From Vitrella brassicaformis CCMP3155 (Eukaryota > Protista > Chromerida), in the NCBI GenBank assembly GCA_001179505.1, contig CDMY01000851.1:1-15450 (forward strand): a stretch of 15,450 nt of DNA, written 5' to 3'. Of the stretch, positions 9,199 through 15,450 are shown piece after piece. The notes under the pieces were generated by a model that ran no database searches, was not told the origin of the DNA, and saw only the letters and a program-made list of their open reading frames with translations. A program made the position numbers and the translations under genes. The first letter of the stretch is position 1; each line of letters opens with the position of its first letter.

Positions 9199-10620
9199 AG
9201 GAATGCCAACGACTGCCCCGTCTACTCACAGCCACGTGCCCTGCCGGCAGCAGAGTACACGACAGGCACAGCAACAGAAAGAATCATCGACTCGAGTGGT
9301 GATGATGGCGCGTTTCCCTGTTCACCTGCTGATGAAGGTCACAAGCAAACAGGAGCAATGATGGCCGAGGTCATCAGTGAGGAACTTGCCCATAAGCACT
9401 TCCTCCACTACCACGACGCAGCCGTCGACCGACTTTCTGAGGTCTGTCGCAACGCACCTGTGGTCAAGAAAGGCAAGAAGAATGAGAGAGAGCAGCGCAA
9501 GTGCGCAGTGTGTGTCCAAGCCAAGATGAAGATTCGTCCGTATCTGAACAATGCATTCCGGCATTCGTCACCTGGTGATCTGGTGCACGTCGACCTGGCG
9601 CAGATCAAGCAACTCAGCGAGAGAGGATTCAAGTACCTGATGGTCATGGTGGACGACCACAGCCGTTATGTGCAGGCCTACTTTCTCAAAAAGAAGTCCA
9701 TCGCACCGAAGGCATTTATGCACTACTGCACGGCCATCCGCATGCCCAAGGCAGTGAGGACCGACGGAGGGGCCGAGCTCATCGCCGGCACATGGAAGGC
9801 ATTCTGCGAGCAGCACCAGATACGCCAAGAACAAAGCCTACCGCACCATCAGTCACAAAACGGCGTGGCAGAACGAACGATTGGTGCGATTTGTCAGCTG
9901 ACCCGTGCAGCACTCTTTCAATCCGGCCTTCCCTCATTTTATTGGTGTTTTGCTGCGAAGACCGCCACCTACATCAAGAATCGAATGCCAACCAAGAGAA
10001 ATCCATCAGAGAAGACGCCATTTGAGCTTTTCTGGGGTTACCCACTATGCATCAGGCATATCCGCACATTCGGCGCAAGAGCCTATGTGCGTCAGCGCAA
10101 GGACCAGAGGGGCAAGCTGGATCCACGGGCGAAGTTGGGTATCCTCGTCGGCTTCGACCCCAACACGAAGGATGGTTATGTGATGTGGTTCCCTGATGAT
10201 CGTCAGTTCGTCATCTCACGAGACGTCGAAGTGGACGAGCACGTGTTTCTTGCAAAGGAGAAGCAACCAAGGGGACCACTAGGGATTGATGTGGTGTACC
10301 CCCAGACGCCCGTCTCACCTGACGAGCAGACCGACCACCATCAAGACCACCATCGTGCCCAGCAACCCGAAGATGATCGACAGCATCAAGAAGATGAGTG
10401 TGTCGACCAACACAGCCAAGATCAAGAGCCTGACAGCTCTGCATTGCGCGAAGGACCGCCAGCAGCACCACCAGTACCGCCGGCCGCTCAAGATGCTCCA
10501 GATGCAGAAGAAGCCGTCGCTGATACCGATGGAGGTGCCGCTGACAACTATCGAGTCATTCGAGAGGAAATGGGGATAGATGACGACAATGCCGAGCACC
10601 GAAGATCAGGCCGAAACCTG
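9199..10620 (+). CDS. Copia integrase (GAG-pre-integrase zinc-binding region, rve DDE core, SH3-like C-terminal region)
   Basis: The frame is open from 9199. Motifs: HKHFLH..CAVC, VHVD, VDDHSRY, RTDGGAEL, QNGVAERTI, FGARAYV, GKLDPRA, GYVMW and SRDVEVDE. The supplied ORF 9358-10704 runs past the truncation into non-element DNA. Confidence 0.9.
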
Positions 10621-11189
10621 TGTGTTGATAGTGTGTCACTACATTCCCGTCTATATCTGTGTGTGTTCATGTGTACCGAGGTGGGCGAGTATAAGCAGCG
10701 CTAAGTTAGTGACACAGCTTAGTTTCTTCCTCTTCCACATGTATATGTGTCTGTCTAGATAGATAGATACGAAACGAGCAGCACCCACATCATGCATACG
10801 AATTCATACATGCACCCCACCCATCCTAACCAGCCGGCCGCTCGGAGATGCCTTTTCAGTGCGGCTTGATGAGTGGATGGGAAAGCTATATCGTATTGTG
10901 CTTGTTTGCATGGCGATCGATCGACCGACAAACAACCAATACGACAGCGGCGTTTTCTTTCCTCCTTTTTCATTGATTAGCTTTTTGTGGATCGAGGCAT
11001 AGAGAGATGTTCATATCAGAGAAATGGCGGGCGAGGGGCGAAGATGGCCAAGGTGGATATAGAGAGGAATAATTCATTTGCTCACAGCAGTACGAATAGG
11101 AAGGCGGCTTTGTGTCAGTACTGTGTGGGTGCTTGCTGGAGATATACGTGTGAGGGCTGCATGACGGGTTGTGAGTCGATATGAATAGG

Positions 11190-11506
11190 CCTGATGCATG
11201 CATCCTGATGTGAGTATATACACACCTGCGCACAGAGACATTGGTCATATACACACACTCCAAGTCGACACGTGCATGCGCAGGGCTGCGCATACAGACA
11301 TTCATCATATATATACACACACACACACACACACTCCAAGTCCACACGTGCATGCGCAGATGTGCGCATAGAGACATTCATAATGTATACGCACTTGGAG
11401 ACATTCACCATATACACGCACTCCAAGTCCACAAGTGCATGCGCAGGTGTGCGCATATAGACATTTATTATAAAAACTCACTCCAAGTCCACAATGCACG
11501 CGCAGG
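11190..11506 (+). repeat. Degenerate minisatellite, ~60-87-bp unit
   Basis: The anchor cactccaagtc(c/g)aca..tgca(t/c)gcgcag occurs at 11256, 11332, 11419 and 11479, with variable CA/TA spacers. Confidence 0.85.
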
Positions 11507-12029
11507 TGTTGTATATACAGTGAACTGTACCTTGAACCTTGGTCCTTAACAGTCCCAGGGTTTCAAGGATACGTTTCCCTGCGGGGTGAAGGGCTAGGGA
11601 GGTCCGCCGACACGGAATGCAGGAATAAGACTTTTTGGTGTGTTTCTGGGATGCTCTTTATGTGTCATGACCGAATTGACAAATTGCAGTCGATGTGCAC
11701 ACAGTTGATTGAAGCTTAACGAACTGCCATCCATCCATTCATCGTCCATCGTGCATTGCATGCAGTGACACAAACGTCAATACACATAGACAGTGGGCTG
11801 CAAGGAGAAAAAATCCTCAGCCCAATCAGGCTATTTGCCGGCAGCAGTCCGCCGCCGCTGTCCAGCCCCATTTCGACGGCGCGCCCTGGGTCCGTCCGCT
11901 CGGGCCGGATCGGTTGGGACCACCCCGGTTCCCAAACGCCAGGCCCTTTTGGGTCGTCGTCCCAGGACGCAGCGTGTCCCGCTCCCTGCCAGCACAAGGA
12001 CGTGTCCGGCCAGCTGGGTGGGCGCCCGT

Positions 12030-12422
12030 TCACTCCGCAACGTTGCGCGGGCCCGCCACAACGATCCGATAGCCCTCCGGGCCCTCGAGCCAGATCTCGT
12101 GCTGCCGACCGTTGGGATTGTAGAGCGGCCCGTCCAGGACCTTTGCGCTCGCTTTCTCCACCCGAGCCACGAGCCCATCGAAGTCGTCGGTCGAGAACCA
12201 GAGAAGCACACCATTGCCGCGGGACGGATTCGACTCGTCGCCGAGGTGGGGATGCTCGTGGGTGTCCCAAGCGTGCAACTGGACGACCAGCGCTTCACCG
12301 TCCATGAGCATCTCGTATTCCTGACCTCCATGGCCGGAGCAAAGGCCGAGGACCTCCTGGAACCACTTCGAGCAGGCTTCGACGTCACGAACGACGATCA
12401 TCGGCTGGGGTCGCATCATCAC
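12030..12422 (-). CDS. VOC/glyoxalase-bleomycin-resistance superfamily protein, bacterial type, intronless (~130 aa)
   Basis: MRPQPMIVVRDVEACSKWFQEVLG...LVVQLHAW...GNGVLLWFSTDDFDGLVARVEKASAKVLDGPLYNPNGRQHEIWLEGPEGYRIVVAGP has the paired beta-alpha-beta-beta-beta VOC pattern. GC is high (40/60 in line 12241). Likely start is GTG 12422 or ATG 12419. Confidence 0.88.
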   Translation of the reverse strand: MMMRPQPMIVVRDVEACSKWFQEVLGLCSGHGGQEYEMLMDGEALVVQLHAWDTHEHPHLGDESNPSRGNGVLLWFSTDDFDGLVARVEKASAKVLDGPLYNPNGRQHEIWLEGPEGYRIVVAGPRNVAE

Positions 12423-12429
12423 TCTGGTC

Positions 12430-12436
12430 CCTCCTC
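12430..12436 (-). promoter_or_regulatory. Shine-Dalgarno sequence GAGGAGG
   Basis: It lies 7 nt upstream of the GTG at 12422 and 10 nt upstream of the ATG at 12419. Confidence 0.75.
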
Positions 12437-12530
12437 GTGCCGACAAGCGTGGCAGCGTCAGTCTGTTGTATACACAGCGAAACGCATCCTTGAAACCCTG
12501 GGACTGTTAAGGTCCCAGGGTTTCACTTAA

Positions 12531-12878
12531 CAGTCCCAGNNNNNNNNNNNNNNNNNNNNNNNNNNNNNNNNNNNNNNNNNNNNNNNNNNNNNNNNNNNNN
12601 NNNNNNNNNNNNNNNNNNNNNNNNNNNNNNNNNNNNNNNNNNNNNNNNNNNNNNNNNNNNNNNNNNNNNNNNNNNNNNNNNNNNNNNNNNNNNNNNNNNN
12701 NNNNNNNNNNNNNNNNNNNNNNNNNNNNNNNNNNNNNNNNNNNNNNNNNNNNNNNNNNNNNNNNNNNNNNNNNNNNNNNNNNNNNNNNNNNNNNNNNNNN
12801 NNNNNNNNNNNNNNNNNNNNNNNNNNNNNNNNNNNNNNNGCAGGGTTTCAAGGATGCGTTTCGCTGCGGGGTGAAGGG
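12531..12878 (+). mobile_element. Second left end of the same TIR family, split by the 300-N gap
   Basis: TTAA (12527-12530) is followed by CAGTCCCAG, then the gap, then CAGGGTTTCAAGGATGCGTTTCGCTGCGGGGTGAAGGG. The end shares the left-specific tail CGGGGTGAAGGG with 11582-11593. Confidence 0.75.
12540..12839. other. Assembly gap (exactly 300 N)
   Basis: The sequences on either side join into one TIR, so the true gap may be near zero. Confidence 0.95.
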
Positions 12879-13049
12879 TTTTGTTAGGGTGTGTTGACCG
12901 TGAAATGGTGCACATTTTGACGGACAATAATTGAATTTCAAAGTTAGTCTGCCCTCCCTCCCACTATGCACATCCCCTCCCGCTAAACATCTGTGCATCA
13001 CGCATCAACCATCTGTCCCGCCCGACTTCCCCTCCCTCCCTCCTGCTAT

Positions 13050-13370
13050 CTACACACCATTCACAAAAGGGTTGAACTCCTTCGTCTGGACGGATTTGTG
13101 TTCTTTGGTGATCTCATCCGTCTGCACTTCTTTGCTGATCTTGATATCGGGACCGAAGATAGATGCACATTTGAATGCGTTTGATGAGAAGAAATCTTGC
13201 GTCGGTGTCTTCGGCTGCTGCTTCGGCTTCTCATAGTTCAACCTCGTCCTCTTCTTTTTCTCCTCGTCCTCAAACTCTTCCTTTTTGTAACCGAAAGGAT
13301 TGGCGTGTGTATCCATGTATCCCTTGCCATCATAGCGTTTGACGCGTTTCATAGGGTCTTCTCCTGACAT
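13050..13370 (-). CDS. Hypothetical Lys/Glu-rich protein, divergent from polB
   Basis: It has a genuine ATG start and 106 codons with protein-like composition (MSGEDPMKRVKRYDGKGYMDTHANPFGYKKEEFEDEEKKKR...). No family was recognised, and it may be spliced at its 3' end. Confidence 0.4.
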   Translation of the reverse strand: MSGEDPMKRVKRYDGKGYMDTHANPFGYKKEEFEDEEKKKRTRLNYEKPKQQPKTPTQDFFSSNAFKCASIFGPDIKISKEVQTDEITKEHKSVQTKEFNPFVNGV

Positions 13371-13895
13371 GGACGCCGGAACAACGACGAAAAGGCCGAT
13401 GTGTATCCGCTTTGGCTCGGATAGATTAGTTTCACGAATGGATTAAGTTTCACGTACATATATAAAACTAATTGATATATTATATAAATAGAGGAGGTGA
13501 GAATAAACAAACCTTACAAACTACTACTCTTAAACCACCACCTGAATTGACACCCGAATATACAACATTAAGTCTCATACTTGAAGACGAAAACTTTCAA
13601 TAACTCATTGAAAGTATAATCTTCTTTTACAGTACTATTAGTAATATATGAGAATTAATAATGACTATCAGTATCGGTAATAAAAAATGGTAATGATGAT
13701 TGTTGAAAGTATGGATAATGAAAATTAATTTCAGTATTCAATAATGAGTATTCATCATTATCTTCTTTAGTTAGTCCTATGATATATCAGTATTACCACT
13801 TTCAAGTGCATAGACTTTAATGAAATAATAACCTGATCTATTGAATTTAAAACTTTTATTGTCGTCTTCATGCAGCGTTATGACATCGTAATTGA

Positions 13896-14941
13896 AATAC
13901 AACAGAGATATACGCATGTGGATACATGATTAATGGTCAGTATAATATGGACAAAGGTGAAGGTTGTTTTCAGGTATTTGTCAATAAGATCAAATATTTA
14001 TCTGATAAAATTATAACAGCATATAGCGGTTGCAGATTTGATTTCCATTATTTACTCTCTTATTTGATACACGATGGCGTTGAGATAAAAAAACTTATTG
14101 TTAACAGCGGAAGAATTATGGGGTTTGAGTTTGGTAATAATAACAAAGTATTTGATATTAATCTATTTCTTAACACTTCTTTGAAAAAAGCATGTGAGGA
14201 TTTTAAAATTGGTAAACCAAAAGGGGATTTTGATCATGAAAAGATTAAAATATAGGACGATGTGAAGCAATGGGAGTGCGAATGGAGACCGTATTTAAAA
14301 AGAGATGTTGAAGTATTGATGGAACTAATTGAAACGTTTGGTCGTCTTGTATATGATAAGTATCAATGTAATATTACAAGATTTATGACAGGCAGTCAGA
14401 TGACTTGCGATTTATGGCATTCACAATTAGTATTAGATGATTTTACTTATTTGCCAACAGAAGAGGAGAACAGAGTTAATAGAGAAGCGACAAGAGGTCC
14501 ACATTGTCTGCCTCATATCAAAGACTATGTAAGTAAGTTGTACAAATTAGTTGAAGCATTAAATTGTGTCAAAGAGTTTGATAAAAAACAAAGCATAAAG
14601 AAAAAGATGGATATATTAAGTGAAAGAGTAAATAGAGGAATAGTAGAAATTAACCAAAAATCTTCTCCTTTCCTAGTTATCATTCTATAAGTTATGATAC
14701 ATATATGTCAAGTGAATATAAGAAAATGCAAGAGAACTTTTATAACTACATCCAAGAAAGTAAAGATTATATGATCTGCATTGATGTCAGCAGTCTATAT
14801 CCAACAGCAATGGCAAAATGTGAGTATCCGGTTGGAAAACGCAGAAGATCGCTTAATCAGAAGCAAGAGTTTGAAAAAAGCACAATAGGAATATACTATA
14901 TTGAATACACACCACCAAGTAATATCAGAGTTCCCATATGA
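13896..14941 (+). pseudogene. polB: Family B DNA polymerase, protein-primed/Polinton-virus type, degenerate and 3'-truncated
   Basis: ExoII-like AYSGCRFDFHYLL; LNTSLKKACEDFKIGKPKGDFDH; ExoIII YLKRDV; palm motif A DVSSLYPTAM followed by YPVG. There is an in-frame TAG at 14253-14255 and a stop plus frameshift at 14688-14705. The region is AT-rich (~30% GC by eye), intronless, and cut off at ~14938 before motifs B and C. Confidence 0.88.
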
Positions 14942-15450
14942 TGCGTAGTGGACCCCTCGCATCGATGTTGTATATGTGGATCTGTGTTGCGAGTCCCGTC
15001 TATCCGTCCGACAAGGTGTGTACGAACCGGAAAGAAGAGCAGACAGACTGAAGGACGCATACATGGAATGAATGGATGTGTATGGACCGTCTGCCGCGCA
15101 CGCAACCGACCTGTATGTGGGTGTTCCCGCATCCACGTGACCACCGCCTCCGCATATGTGTGCAGCCGACGGCCGCGTCTACCATATATGTGAGCACAAA
15201 GTGTTTGTCTTGCTCGCGCCATGTGTATTTCGACGGATGTGTTGCGTGTCTGTCGATGGGTGCGTGCGAGTGACTGACTGCCTGTCTGCCTGGATGGATG
15301 GATGGATGTGTGTCTGGATAGATACATGGATGGGAGCCGATGGATGGGCATGGGAAAGAGAGAGATGTGAATGTGTCTTTGTCCACGGAGGAGAAGCGAG
15401 CCCTTACATGACATGAATGATGCTGTCTGTAGCCGTCATGGTGTAGCGTG

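Larger units (their letters stand above)
7161..10620 (+). mobile_element. Ty1/copia LTR retrotransposon, 3'-truncated (5' LTR, PBS, gag, protease, integrase; RT/RNaseH and 3' LTR missing)
   Basis: The domain order gag-PR-IN is copia-type. Homology stops shortly after RRSGRN (~10600-10618), where the sequence turns into TG-rich host-like DNA. Confidence 0.92.
11550..12506. mobile_element. 957-bp non-autonomous TIR element flanked by TTAA (piggyBac-like target) carrying a bacterial gene
   Basis: TTAA occurs at 11546-11549 and 12507-12510. Left TIR 11550-11581 is CAGTCCCAGGGTTTCAAGGATACGTTTCCCTG. Right TIR 12475-12506 is its reverse complement with 2 mismatches in 32 bp. No transposase is encoded inside. 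Confidence 0.8.

Noticed and set aside
10700-10760. CTAAG...CTTAG hairpin and a nearby CTAG as a Helitron 3' end
   Set aside because: The stem is only ~5-6 bp and the spacing is unconvincing.
10970-11549. Cys/Val/Tyr/His-rich ORFs
   Set aside because: They are translations of the satellite and CA/TA microsatellites.
11716-12530. Long overlapping ORFs in other frames (184, 183, 245 and 185 aa)
   Set aside because: They are shadows of the high-GC VOC gene, are Arg/Pro/Gly-rich, and have no motifs.
11507-12878. CRISPR array or integron attC interpretation of the recurring 32-bp motif
   Set aside because: The copies are in mixed orientation with kilobase or zero spacing, there are no cas or integron-integrase genes, and the context is eukaryotic.
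11546-12890. Telomere-like motifs (AGGGTTTCA, GGGTTTTGTTAGGG) suggesting an interstitial telomere
   Set aside because: They are not tandemly repeated and are better explained as part of the TIR.
7950-14255. Recurrent in-frame TAG stops (7950, 9196, 14253) suggesting stop-codon reassignment
   Set aside because: The same elements carry frameshifts, and LOX itself terminates with TAG right after the terminal Ile ligand. Ordinary decay explains the stops.
14940-15450. ORFs in the terminal host-like region
   Set aside because: The sequence is low-complexity (GATG/CA repeats) with no recognisable domain or supported splice model.

Overview
This is intron-rich eukaryotic DNA. The short GT-AG introns and CA/GT microsatellites resemble a chromerid alveolate such as Vitrella (inference only). 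It has two 300-N placeholder gaps. From left to right: (1) a decayed remnant of a non-LTR retrotransposon restriction-like endonuclease (~270-514); (2) a multi-exon lipoxygenase on the minus strand (1238 to at least 5928), invisible as a single ORF but reconstructable by phase-consistent splicing to ~666 aa. It has all five metal ligands, a fungal Mn-LOX-like HHTMN motif with Fe-LOX H-x4-H spacing, a 13-nt micro-exon and an in-frame duplicated exon. A ~960-bp stretch of the gene is repeated across the first gap, probably as an unmerged haplotype. (3) A 3'-truncated Ty1/copia retrotransposon (5' LTR 7161-7392, PBS, decayed gag/protease, open integrase, no RT and no 3' LTR). (4) The most unusual region, 11507-14941: a head-to-tail array of TTAA-bounded elements sharing a 32-bp terminal inverted repeat with distinct left and right subterminal tails. 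Their interiors are unrelated: a satellite, an intronless bacterial VOC/glyoxalase gene with a Shine-Dalgarno site, and an AT-rich degenerate protein-primed-type family B DNA polymerase of Polinton/virus type.
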